64,000 bases of DNA, from assembly GCF_001194135.2 (NCBI RefSeq), contig NC_068981.1, positions 191,125,002 to 191,189,001 on the forward strand. Direction: 5' to 3'. The position numbers were made by a program, and so were the translations under genes. Origin of the DNA: Octopus bimaculoides. Taxonomy: Eukaryota. This document shows, piece by piece, positions 11,731 through 22,907 of the stretch; position 1 is the stretch's first letter, and every line of letters starts with the position of its first letter. The notes beneath the pieces were generated by a model. It had not been told where the DNA came from and did not search any database. It saw only the letters and a program-made list of their open reading frames with translations.

Positions 11731-12639
11731 TTAAGAATATGTATATTAATGAAATAACTGTTGAACACACTGTCTGAGTTATATGTGTAATTTATGCTTT
11801 ACTCCTAAAGACATTTATGATTTACTCATAAAGACATTTTTAGTTGATTTTAGCAAGTTGGTCTTAGATTTTCTCCAATGTCATAATACATCACAGTTTC
11901 ATGACTTGTTTGCTAATTGAGCTTTTAATTACCATGGATGTATTTGTTTTTATGTTTATACTTAAGTTTTCTTTATGGGTAACATGAAAACTATTAGAGG
12001 GTGAGTGGTGATGAATGGTGGCAGTGGTGGTGGTTCTAAGTTTGTGTGTGTATGTTTATAAATATGCACACACATACAAGTTTGGAGAAGGTTCAGAAGT
12101 CAGAAAAATGAGCCCACTCAACAGAAGGTAATACAGTGGGTATATTAATTGATACAGAATTATAATTTTAGAACCATCTGTAGCTAGTGTCAGCTAACAG
12201 CTCTGTGGGTAATTAGCCAATTAAATCCAAGGGACATAACTCTGGAAGCATTTGTGTTGTATATTTTTGCATGTCGGTGTCAAATATTTTGTTATTTTAC
12301 TACTACTACTGTCAAAGGTCCTTTGGTTTTTCGGTCAAATGTCTTCTTTTTGTACCTTCAGTGCAAAAGAACCCAGGTTATATTCTTCCAGCCAACTAAG
12401 TCTGATGAGTATCTGAGGATTTCTTCTGTTTGAGAAGACTAATTATACATACAAAAGTGTTTGGTAACACTTTGTCCATAAAAGGTTCTTAATTTATAAT
12501 ATTGTATTAATTGTATGCACACGTACATGCATATTTACATATACATATATATATATAATATACACACAAGCACATAATGTGTGAGCGTGTGTGTGTGTGC
12601 CTCACAGTAGCAACCAGAATATTGGATGTTATACATCGC

Positions 12640-12880
12640 TGGCCACAATACATTTCACATCGTTTTAGCTTTCAAATGATGCCACCTCACTGGTGAGGTA
12701 AGCAGACCAACATTCCCCCTGACCGGAAGACTATTCTGTCAAAGGGTGACCCTTTTACAGCTGAGTGGACTGGAGCAGTGTGAAATGATGTGTTTTGCTC
12801 GAGAACATAATGCCCTGCCCAGGCCAGGAATCAAACTCATGATCTAGCAATTGTGAGTGCAATACCCTAACCATTAGGTG
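12640..12880 (-). mobile_element. Degenerate tRNA-derived SINE with CORE-like segment
   Basis: CAGCTGAGTGGACTGGAGCAGTGTGAAATGATGTGTTTTGCTCGAGAACATAA; related segments near 28550-28760 and 58050-58170. Confidence 0.5.
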
Positions 12881-13299
12881 GTGTGTGTGTGTGTGTGTGT
12901 TGTTTGAATTGCAGAAGTTCAGTGAAAGTATCTCATTACCAATAAATTATTTATTGCTTATAGGGAGAAAGAGAGGGAGAGAGAATGGATGCAAACATGC
13001 CTATATGGTGTTTCATATTTGAAAGACCGATTTGAAATAAAACAAAGTGTGAAGGTGAGTGAGACTTAAGATCAATGGACGAAGGTTGCTGTTAATGCAG
13101 TGTAGCCAGTGCAAATAGCTGGAGTAGGGTCTCTATCTCTCTCTCCTTCTTTTTCTCTCTCCCTTTTTCTAGTTGATGAATAATCAGAAATACAGTTGTG
13201 CTAGATTCCATGGAGTAGGTGACAGTATAAGCTGTGATGACCTGAAGATCAAGGTTTGCCAGGAGAAATGGAGAAGTTTTCTTATTAATGTGAAAGAAG

Positions 13300-13790
13300 G
13301 TGGTAATAAAAGTAAATATCAAAGTTATAAAGAAATGAATTTGTTGTTGGTGGTGGGGTTGGGTCTTTCTTTGATGAGAGAGAGTGAGAGATGGCGAAAG
13401 ATAGAGACATGAAGTGGAAGAGAGAGAGAGAGAAATGAGAGAGGGAAGAGACAGAGAGCACAAGTGGTGAAGGAGGAGAATAGAGGTAGTGAGAGAGAGA
13501 AAGAGAGGGAGATGAAGGGTGAAAGACAGGGAGAGATATGAAGTAGAGGAGAATGAGAGAAACAAAGCAGGCAGAGATAGAAAGCATAAGGGATGAAGGA
13601 TGAGTGATAGAGAAGGTAAAGAGAGAGAGAGAGAGAGAGAGAGAGAAGAAAAAAAAGGAGAGATATAAAGAGTGAAAGACAGAAAAAGCACAAGTGGTGA
13701 AGGGGGAGGGATAGAGAATGTAAGAGATTACAGGGAGAGAGAGCAGAATGAGATGAAAGAGGAGAGATAGAGGTAAATTGCTAGAAAAGA
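13300..13790 (+). repeat. Purine-rich (GA) low-complexity tract with internal duplication
   Basis: Almost pure A/G strand; AGCACAAGTGGTGAAGG occurs twice (near 13456 and 13687). Confidence 0.8.
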
Positions 13791-14397
13791 TGAAAGTAGT
13801 ATGTTCACTAATAATTCATCTCTTGGAAACCATAGACAGACATCATTCTGAATCAAATGAGTGAACTTTTTATTTTTTTTCCTTTCCCTTTCGTTTTTTT
13901 TTTTTTTTTTTCTTCTACAGAATTAAACGAAATGTTGGAATCTTTATGATATTTAATAAACAATCCCCCACAAATCAATGTATTCAAAACAAAAGCACAT
14001 GTGCAACTGAAGAACTGTCGTTGATAAATAGATTCTAAAAACAACATAAGTAGAAGATAGGAGATAATAACAGATGGTGTAAGGAGGAGACTAACGACTA
14101 AGTTAAGATCAACTGAAGAGCACTTTGCTTTTAAGTACAGTTCTTTATCTCACAATGATCTCATAAACTGATTTTTGTTTTAATTGTGTTTAACATACGC
14201 AGTTTGATAGAGAACTTGTTTGTGGTAACTTATGAAACAAGCATTGTGTATTATTTATAAAACTCATTAAGGAAACCAGTCAACAATTGGGTAAGAATGT
14301 TTGTTGTTTTGTCATTAGAGTAAGTTATTGCAAAATATGTATTTGGGTATATACATGTATGGGTATATAACACAGACATAAATAGATCATACATACC

Positions 14398-15200
14398 ATC
14401 ATCATCATTTAAACCATTAGCATTAATATTACTCTTTCAAATGCTTATTTATTCACATTGTTTTGAATTAATTATAAATTATCTTGTAGCTTCAAGTGTT
14501 TGATGATATGATTATTTGGTTTTAGAATGATATTGTAGAGTAGGTGTGCAGAACCAGGTTTGGCCAATTGAACATTAAGTGGGTAGAATATTTGGGGCTG
14601 TATATGGCTGGTTTAAATGCTAAAGGGTTAACTTCTGTCTTCCATACTGGCATGGGTTGGATGGTTTGACAGGAACTGCTAAACCAGAAGACTGCACGCT
14701 AGCTCTACTGTCTGCTTTGGCATGGCTTCTACAGTTGGATGCCCTCCCTAATGCCAACCGCTTTACAGAGTGTAATGGGTACCATTTATGTGGCACCAGC
14801 ACTGACAGGGTCACCAAATGCATTGCAAGACAAAGATCTCAACTGAGAGTGGAAGTGGTATTGAGTGGGGTGGTTTTGTTCCAGGTGATATGAGGTTAAA
14901 CTATGATAAAGGGACAGAAATAGGTGTCTTGTTGTGGAGGTTGCCTCAGTCAGAGGGAGAGAGACAGAGAAGAAGCAGGACAGATGTTGGCAATGAATGT
15001 GCCAGGGCGTGTTCTCAAGGTGCAAGGAGGTCAGTGTTAGTGGAGAGGTAGAGGATCGCAAAGAGTGTGTGAGCAGGGAGTTCACAAGCATGCAAAGGGG
15101 GGAGGAGCTGCAGGAATGGTGGGGGAGAGACAAGCATGGTGCAGGAAGAAGTTATGTTGTTTGGTTAATTGGGCTAGTGGGGTTGGGAGGGGTGAATTAA
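14398..15200 (-). mobile_element. Family C element, long form, interrupted by a MITE
   Basis: (CAT)n tail at about 14398, body resumes at 14632; extension GGGACAGAAATAGGTG shared with 34440-35160 and, on the plus strand, 23490-23800. Confidence 0.75.
14413..14627. mobile_element. TTAA-flanked MITE nested in a family C element
   Basis: TTAA|ACCATTAGCATT ... AATGCTAAAGGG|TTAA. Confidence 0.75.
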
Positions 15201-15294
15201 CGTCAGTTCCAGAACTCAGTTTCACTTGGGTAGGCAAATCGTGACTTGCAACAATCAAACTTGTTGAGTTTACTGATCTTGGAATGGGGGATTC

Positions 15295-15607
15295 ACTATA
15301 AGCGCAAGGCCTGAAATTTGTAAGAGGGGATTAGTCGATTACTTTGACCCCAGTGCTTCACTGGTAATTGTTTTTTATCAACACCAAAAGGATAAAGGGC
15401 GGTTTCACATTTTGGCACAAAGCTACTAATTTTGTGGGAGGAATAAGTTGATTACATCAACCCCAGTGTTCAACTGGTACTTATTTTATCAACCCTGAAA
15501 GAATGAAAGGCAAAGTTGACCTCTGTGGAATTTGAACATAAGGACGAACGAAATGCTGCTAAGCATTTTGCCCAACGTCCAAATAATTCTGCCAGCTCAC
15601 TGCTTTA
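15295..15607 (-). mobile_element. Family A SINE plus adjacent partial copy
   Basis: GAATGAAAGGCAAAGTTGACCTCTGTGGAATTTGAAC ... TTCTGCCAGCTCAC. Confidence 0.75.
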
Positions 15608-16559
15608 ATAATAATAATAATAATCTTCACTAGTCATAGGGGCTCAAAGAGATACAGAAAATGCAAAGCACCATTAACTCAAGTGTTTACAAATGAAAAT
15701 ATGTGGAGTAGAGACAAATAAGTTAGACAAAGGTAACAGTGAAAAAAGCACAATAAAATACACAATAATTAAAATAAAACATAATTAAAAGGAAATAAAC
15801 ATGAAAAATTACTTGCTAGGTCAGATTAGTAGAAGCCATTACATCACTGCCTACTTGCCATTGTTTGTATTGTTGTCTTGAGCACACAAAAACATTGATT
15901 AACATTTCTTTTTTTAATCTGTTAATCTTAAAAAAAAAAGAAAACACCACCATTTTTTGAATAGGACTGTTTTAGTTTGTTATGATACCTTATTCATAAA
16001 CATTGTTTCTCGTTTCCTTTATTCCAAACCTAGCTGCACCTGTGCTATTTTTACTTCATCACAATATTCATGCTACCACAGATGTGTGATTTTTATCTAT
16101 AAGTTGTCTATTTTATTTTCAAAGGACAGCGAATATTCATTCTTTGTTCGTCCTCATCTTTGTTTTTATGTTTCTGAAAAGGGACATATTTATTGTTTTG
16201 TGGAAGTTGTTCTTCCTTTAATAAATTTTATGTAAGCTTTATTTATTTTTGCTTAGATTTTCTTTTTCTTTTTTACCTCTTTGTGCTTGAACTGTTTCCT
16301 GAGCAACCATTATTTCTCCTTCATCACATGAAGATGAAGTGTTAGTACTGATTGTTAAGGCACCAGGTGTTTGCTTGCTTACCTATGAGATTGGTTACAA
16401 AGCAATTTCTTCTGCCATTTCCAGTGTTTTAACTGATGGTGCTCTGCAATCTGGAGTTTGTTGTTCCTTTTACTGGTCTTCATTGCTTTTGTTTCTCATT
16501 TTCTTGCCTGGTTTTTCCAATTCTTCAGGCTGAATGGATCTGTAGTGACGCATAGTTCT

Positions 16560-16765
16560 AGACGCCATGCTGGAACATTCATCTGCACATCGAACAAATT
16601 GATGCCAGGACTTATTCTTTGTAAACCTAGTACTTATTCTATCAGTCATTTTTGCCGAACCAAGTTACGGGGACATAAACACACCAACATCGATTGTCAA
16701 GTGATGGTGGGGAGACAAACACAGACACACAAATACATACATACATGCATACATACATACATACA

Positions 16766-16801
<36 letters not shown>

Positions 16802-17070
16802 TATACAACAGTCTTCTTTCAGTTTCCATCTACCAAATCCACTCACAAGGCTTTGGTCAGCCTGAGGCTATAGTAGAAGATACTTGCCCAAGGTGTCATG
16901 CAATGGGACTGAACCCAGAACCATGTGGTTCGAAAGCAAGCTTCTTACCACACAGCCTCTCCTGCACCTAGAAGGTGATGATGCCTGACTAAGTTACCAC
17001 ACATTGGAACTGAACCTGAAACCATGCAGTTAGCAAGTGAACTTCTTAACCATACAGCCATGTTTGCACC
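16560..17070 (-). mobile_element. Family B SINE with (ATAC)n, plus second head fragment
   Basis: TCTTTCAGTTTCCATCTACCAAATCCACTCACAAGGCTTTGGTC...ACTTGCCCAAGG...GGGACTGAACC. Confidence 0.85.
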
Positions 17071-17421
17071 ATACTTGTCTTTCACAAAATTAGTACCACA
17101 AAAACTATACTTTCACGAAACTAGTACCATCGGCATTGTATAATGTTAATATCACAAATAGTTGTTACAGATTACTTGTATTGATACTGTCCTTCAGCAA
17201 AATTAAGGAAACAAATTCTTGCTATTGCAAAATCAATTTTGTAAAATAATTTAGATGTTTGTCAGCATAAACTTTGCGTTTGATCTATAAAGAGGGAATG
17301 TTTCCCTATAACACAATAAAAACTTGATATCTCATTTCAAGATATTAGCTTAAAGAACATAATCAATTTTCATGATAATTTGTTTTTGCCTGAACTTCAT
17401 TTCTTAAACATTCATTCTCTT

Positions 17422-17618
17422 GAACTGGCAGAATCAGTAGAGCATCAAAAAGATTTGTTCTGGTGCTTTAAGTGCCAAGTTCAAATCACGCCAAGGTCAT
17501 ATTTGCCCTTCATTCTTTTAGGGTTGATAAAGTAAAGTTCCGGTTAAGTATTGGGGTCTGTGATATCACTTTACCCTTCCCCTCAAAATTACTGGCCTTC
17601 TACCTAAGTCATAAACCT
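17422..17618 (+). mobile_element. Family A SINE, degenerate
   Basis: GAACTGGCAGAATC head, AAGTTCAAATCACGCCAAGGTC...CCCTTCATTCTTTTAGGGTTGATAA. Confidence 0.7.
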
Positions 17619-18031
17619 TTATATTTAAGGATTTGATGGTAGTGATTATTTATTTCACACATACCTCTTCATCCCTTCCTTGATGCCCTACTGCCAGTTT
17701 TGGTCTTCGTCACAGACCCTGAGTCATAAATGTTTCATTAGCTGCTCTGTCTAGATTGTAATTGGCTGTAATTTTGTGGTTGAAAAATAAATGAACTCTC
17801 TTCCATATGACTCATTAACTGATTATGATTGATCGTTTGTTGTTTCTCAATTAGTGTCTAAGTTGATCATTAGGAAAAGTTTATAAGAAATGTTTTGTTG
17901 TTGTTGTTTAGCCCCAGGTCAGTTCTGATCAAGCACATCTATAATCAAAGACTTCTATCCATGACTGTCCAATCTTATATTCAGACATAGTTTTAGGAAC
18001 TATTTCTAACAAGTCAGGCAGCAACATAGAG

Positions 18032-18207
18032 CAATGGTTCTCAACCACAGATCCCAGCATGCTTCCAGTGGCCCTTGATGGTCTTCCCTCCATAAATACA
18101 ATACATTTTTCTTTAATTGACTTGTGTGTTACTTTTTTTTATGCAGCCCCCTAAAAATATTCAGGTTTTGGATCCAGCCCAGCTATTAAAAAGGTAGAGA
18201 ACAATTG
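18032..18207. mobile_element. hAT (Charlie-like) MITE
   Basis: TIRs CAATGGTTCTCAACC / GGTAGAGAACAATTG; 8-bp flanks ACATAGAG / AAATAGAG; same family as 45353-45522. Confidence 0.75.
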
Positions 18208-19179
18208 AAATAGAGATTTTCAAATTGGCTTCCAGGTATGGGTTAGAAAGGTATATTTATCTCTCCACCCTGAAGATGGAGGCTGCATTTATCCGATGTT
18301 TATATGCTTCCACTACTGGTTGCATATTTTTGTGAACTACATCTGCTAACATTATGAAGTAACTCTGAGCCCCCAGAAACAGCTATCAGGCTTGTAACAT
18401 CATACTTTCTCCCCTTTATGTTTCTGTGTTCTTGTACTCTGTGTAAATTTGTTTTGTTAATATATGAATATCTATACATTTATATATATGAATATTCATC
18501 ATCTGAAAATTGTAAGTCTCTGCTTTTTCTCTGTTTACATGTATACATTTATGTATATTTTCTATATCTAACCCATATCTGCACACCTGGATTCCTCTTA
18601 TAGCCACTCTTTACTAAATAAAGACACACACACACACACTAATTAACCAGCTAGTTGACTAATAATAAAAGAAGTGAAAGAGAATCAGGGTGTGTTTATT
18701 ATTAGCATAATGACCTTTCCAGTTTCACATCAAGAATTTTCCAAAGCAAATACAAAAATTCAATAGTAATTAAAAATATCTAATTTATTGTATTTTAGCT
18801 AAAATTTTGTATTGATAACCTCATTATTTTATATTTGTTTTTCTTTATTGTAGATGCATTTTATCCCAACAACAATCTAAAGTATTTAAAGGAAGAAGTA
18901 AACTGATTGGGTACCCCCCTGCAACTTGCACATACCAGCTTTCTAACCTCAGTCCTTAACTGTGGTGATATATAAGACAAACATCAAGATGCTGTCTTTA
19001 AATTTACAATATCCAAGCTGGTCATATATTACTTTATAAATAGTGGACCAAGGTAAGTTCTTTTATACAATTTGTTTTTTTTCTATCTTTTACACACACA
19101 CACACACACACACATATACACTCACATACACTCATACACTGATTAATTATTGTCTTAAATGAGATAGTATAAACAGTTA

Positions 19180-19320
19180 AGCTTGCTTCCTAACCATATG
19201 GTTCCGGGTTCAGTCCCACTGTGTGACACCTTGAGCAAGTGTGTTTTACTAAGCCTCAGGCCAACCGCAACCTTGTGAGTGGATTTGGGAGGCGAAAACT
19301 GACTGAAACCCAACATATAT
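19180..19320 (+). mobile_element. Family B SINE 5' half
   Basis: GGTTCCGGGTTCAGTCCCACTGTGTGACACCTTGAGCAAGTG. Confidence 0.8.
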
Positions 19321-19324
19321 ATCT

Positions 19325-19549
19325 ATTTCTTTAGTGCCCACAGAGGGCTAAACATATAGGGGACAAACAAGGACAGACAAAGGGATTCAGTTGATTATAT
19401 CAACCCCGTAACTGGTACTTAATTTATCGACCCCAAAAGGATGAAAGGTAAAGTCAACCTTGACAGAATTTGAACTCAGAACATTATGGCAGACAAAATA
19501 CCGCTTAGCATTTCACCCAGAGTGCTAACAATTCTGCCAGCTTGCTGCC
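19325..19549 (-). mobile_element. Family A SINE with LINE-type tail
   Basis: Full head to tail; flanked by CATATATATC on both sides (possible TSD). Confidence 0.85.
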
Positions 19550-19555
19550 CATCAT

Positions 19556-19937
19556 ATATATCATCATCATCATCATTTAATGTCCATTTTCTATGCCGGC
19601 ATGGGTTAGACGGTTTGAGTGGAACTAGTAAGCTGGAGAGCTGCACCAGGTTCCAGTCTGATCTGGTATGGTTTCTACAGTTGGATGCCCTTCCTAATGC
19701 CAATCACTCCGAGAGTGTAATGGGTGCTTTTTATGTACCACCAGCACAGGTGCCATTTACATGACACCAGTAATGGCCACGACTACAGTTTCGCTTGGCT
19801 TGATGAGTCTTCTTAAACACAGCATATTACCAAGGTCTCCGTCCTTGTCATCATCTCTGTGAGGCTCAACATTCAAAGATCATGCTTCATCACTTCGTCT
19901 CTCGCCTCTGTGAGGCCCAACATTCAAAGATCATGCT
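19556..19937 (-). mobile_element. RTE-like LINE 3' fragment joined to family C tail
   Basis: 19790-19930 is the reverse complement of the RTE ORF2 end at 58184-58318; a 32-bp segment is duplicated at 19855-19886 and 19906-19937. Confidence 0.75.
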
Positions 19938-20029
19938 ACCAGCAAGAGCTACAATTACAATTTCATGAGTGTCATTTACATGAAACAAACAACAGTCATG
20001 ACTGTGATTTCACTTGCATTGATGAGTCA

Positions 20030-20285
20030 TGTGTGTGTGTGTGTGTGTCTTTTTTGCCTGTGTTTGTGCCCCCCCCCCATTATTTGTTCCCCCATTACTC
20101 CTTGACAAACAGTGTTGGTATGTTTATGTCCCTGTAACTTAGCAGTTCAGCAAACGAGACCGATAGAATAAGTACTAGGCTTAAGAAATAAGTCCTAGGG
20201 TTGATTTGTTCGACTAAAAATAAACTCTTCCAGGCAGTGATCCAGCATGGCCACAACCAAATCACTGAGACAAGTAAAAGGATTA
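20030..20285 (+). mobile_element. Family B SINE 3' half
   Basis: GTTGGTATGTTTATGTCCCTGTAACTTAGCAGTTCAGCAAACGAGACCGATAGAATAAGTACTAGGC. Confidence 0.8.
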
Positions 20286-20354
20286 AAGAATTAAGGAATG
20301 AATATCCTCCAATTTGCTTTTGGTCTTAGATACACTTGAATAATTTACAGTAGA

Positions 20355-20788
20355 GTACCATGGCAGACACCCATAAAATTATTAACCATCTTACTAACAA
20401 TAACTCTGAGCACCTTTTCAAACTCCACCTGTCTAACACCTGTCTAACACCTGTCTAACACCTGTCTAACACCTGTGGACATGTTTACAAAGTCAGAAAA
20501 CAGCACAGCTCCCATGACTTTCGGAAACACTTTTTCATGCTAAGAGTTGCTGAAGTATGGAACAAACTGCCAGCATCAGTTGTTAGTTGTCGGAACACTG
20601 CATCCTTCAAAACTTCCATGCTTCCTGAGATTCACCAACACTACACCTGATTTTCTCCCCTCCATACACACGCAAGCATGTATCTGACTCATACACTGTT
20701 CACTTTCCAGACATCTGTACAATTCTGCATATGCTTTATGCACACTTTTGACAAGTTGTAGTGCACCTGAGCACTGTATACAATAATT

Positions 20789-20850
<62 letters not shown>
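20355..20850 (+). mobile_element. CR1-like LINE 3' fragment with (ATT)n tail
   Basis: Encodes ...SHDFRKHFFMLRVAEVWNKLPASVVSCRNTASFKTSMLPEIHQHYT*, homologous to 53150-53400; (ATT)n at 20791-20850; 11-bp minisatellite at 20426-20476. Confidence 0.8.
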
Positions 20851-21197
20851 TACTTGGTAGGTCAATTCTTTACTTCTTTACCAGTAATACTAAAATATAT
20901 TTAGTAAAATTACTTAAAAGTGTCTAAATAAGATTTTTTAATTTATGCTCAACAATATTTATTAAAATGCATTTCTAAAAACATTAAGCATTATGATATA
21001 TGTTAGTACTTATTTAGAAGTAATTAAGCATTAAAGTCATTTTTTTATTATTATTTTTACCTGTCTTGTATAATAATTCTCATATCTTATTGCTTTTTTG
21101 GAATTACGATTTTTGTTACTTTGCATTCCTGACAATTAGCTCTCCAATAAAATATTTTGCATGGCTTATTATTGTTCATTAATTTCAATGTCTTCAG

Positions 21198-21200
<3 letters not shown>

Positions 21201-21238
<38 letters not shown>

Positions 21239-21249
21239 ACGCGCGTGTG

Positions 21250-21281
<32 letters not shown>

Positions 21282-21350
21282 CGTGTATATATATATATAT
21301 GTGTGTGTGTGTATATATACATATATATACACACACACACACACATTTGT
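21201..21350. repeat. Compound (GT)n/(TA)n/(CA)n microsatellite
   Basis: Direct reading. Confidence 0.95.
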
Positions 21351-21764
21351 GTGTGTTATATATAACATTAAAATAATTATTTTTGACAGTCATTTTTTTT
21401 TTTTTTATCTATTTTTATTTTTTTGAGATATGGTTATGAGGATAAATTTTATATTTGTCTTTGATTACAAAAATTATTTTTTTAAATTAGCTAGATTTGT
21501 AATTTGAAAGCTCTAATGGTAGTTAAAATATTTGATAAATGTTTTACTGATAGAATAATGTTGAAAGGTGGGGGAGAGAGATTTGGTTTCAGTTGTTAGA
21601 TTTAGAAAACAACTTTCGGTTTTTTGTTGAATTTTATTTTCCTCAGAAGATTACTTCTGTAATTTTGTCTTTCATTGGAATGAATCCAATATTTATTTAA
21701 ACTGAGATATAATTACAAATAATTTTAATATTTTCCAAATGATTTGAAAGTATAACAGTATGTA

Positions 21765-21925
21765 TGTGCAGGTGTGGTTGTATGGTAAGAAGCTTGTTTC
21801 CTAACCACATGGTTCTGGGTTCAGTCCCACTGTGTGGCAAGTGTCTTCTAATATACCCTCAAGTCAACCAAAACTTTGCGAATAGATTTGGTTGACAGAG
21901 ACTGAAAGAAACCCATCATATACAT
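21765..21925 (+). mobile_element. Family B SINE 5' half
   Basis: GCAGGTGTGGTTGTATGGTAAGAAGC...GGTTCAGTCCCACTGTGTGGCAAGTGTCTTC. Confidence 0.8.
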
Positions 21926-22117
21926 AGTTCTAGGTGTTGGAAGAAAGTTAGCTTCAAGCAATCCATAGTAAATATAAAAAAACAACTTTCAGAAAGAACA
22001 GTGGTTTATTGAGACAGAAAGTTGTGGATTGTTTTCTTATCGAAGTTCGATAAATTGACAAAAGTTCTTTTTATATTTCACAGTAGGCAACCAGGCTTGC
22101 CAAGTATGTGAATAAGA

Positions 22118-22218
22118 ATACAAGAGGTCAGGAATAGAGTAGACAAGATCCGGGCTACATATATTTCATAGCAAGCGGAACCTCAGAAGTGGTAAATCAA
22201 GATATTCTTGCCCTGAAG
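22118..22218. mobile_element. Penelope-like pseudo-LTR fragment, inverted segment fused to direct segment
   Basis: 22118-22197 is the reverse complement of 26821-26894; 22195-22218 matches 26767-26790 directly and runs into the gap at CTGAAG. Confidence 0.45.
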
Positions 22219-22573
22219 NNNNNNNNNNNNNNNNNNNNNNNNNNNNNNNNNNNNNNNNNNNNNNNNNNNNNNNNNNNNNNNNNNNNNNNNNNNNNNNNNN
22301 NNNNNNNNNNNNNNNNNNNNNNNNNNNNNNNNNNNNNNNNNNNNNNNNNNNNNNNNNNNNNNNNNNNNNNNNNNNNNNNNNNNNNNNNNNNNNNNNNNNN
22401 NNNNNNNNNNNNNNNNNNNNNNNNNNNNNNNNNNNNNNNNNNNNNNNNNNNNNNNNNNNNNNNNNNNNNNNNNNNNNNNNNNNNNNNNNNNNNNNNNNNN
22501 NNNNNNNNNNNNNNNNNNNNNNNNNNNNNNNNNNNNNNNNNNNNNNNNNNNNNNNNNNNNNNNNNNNNNNNNN
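22219..22573. other. Assembly gap
   Basis: Run of N. Confidence 1.
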
Positions 22574-22582
22574 TGTCATACC

Positions 22583-22622
22583 GGCCATGACGAAGGGAAA
22601 TAGCCCTGAAACTCGAGTCGCC
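22583..22622 (+). ncRNA. Minimal type I hammerhead-ribozyme-like motif with one core insertion
   Basis: GGC-C(A)TGACGA-AGGG(AAATAG)CCCT-GAAA-C(TCGA)GTC-GCC: stem I GGC/GCC, stem II 4 bp, palindromic stem III ACTCGAGT, GUC triplet ending at 22619. Confidence 0.6.
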
Positions 22623-22846
22623 TTTATATACTTATATTTATATATTTGATCCTTTATATTGAACACTCAATATTTCATCTACATTCAATACTTTATTTCA
22701 TGGTGCCATCCATTTTTATTTTATTTTATTTTATATTATATATTGTATATTCCATATTCTATACCCCACATTGGTTCTGCAGGAATATAAATAAAACATA
22801 AAAAACAGACAGTGTTGGAACTCTTTTAAACAAAATAATATATATA

Positions 22847-22882
<36 letters not shown>

Positions 22883-22907
22883 TGTATGTATGTATGTATT
22901 GTCAACA

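Noticed and set aside
13092-13693. 199-aa Leu/Ser-rich ORF and overlapping ORFs
   Set aside because: Translations of a (CT/GA)-rich low-complexity tract that is open in several frames.
16000-16540. A-rich minus-strand decayed ORF or exon with GTAAGC donor
   Set aside because: Stops in all frames, weak acceptor at a SINE edge and no recognisable domain.
18268-18300. Additional hammerhead candidate CTGAAGA-TGGA...TCC-GATG
   Set aside because: GAAA box and stem III absent; too degenerate to support. The same applies to other isolated CTGANGA hits (e.g. 12412, 14145, 38952, 49464).
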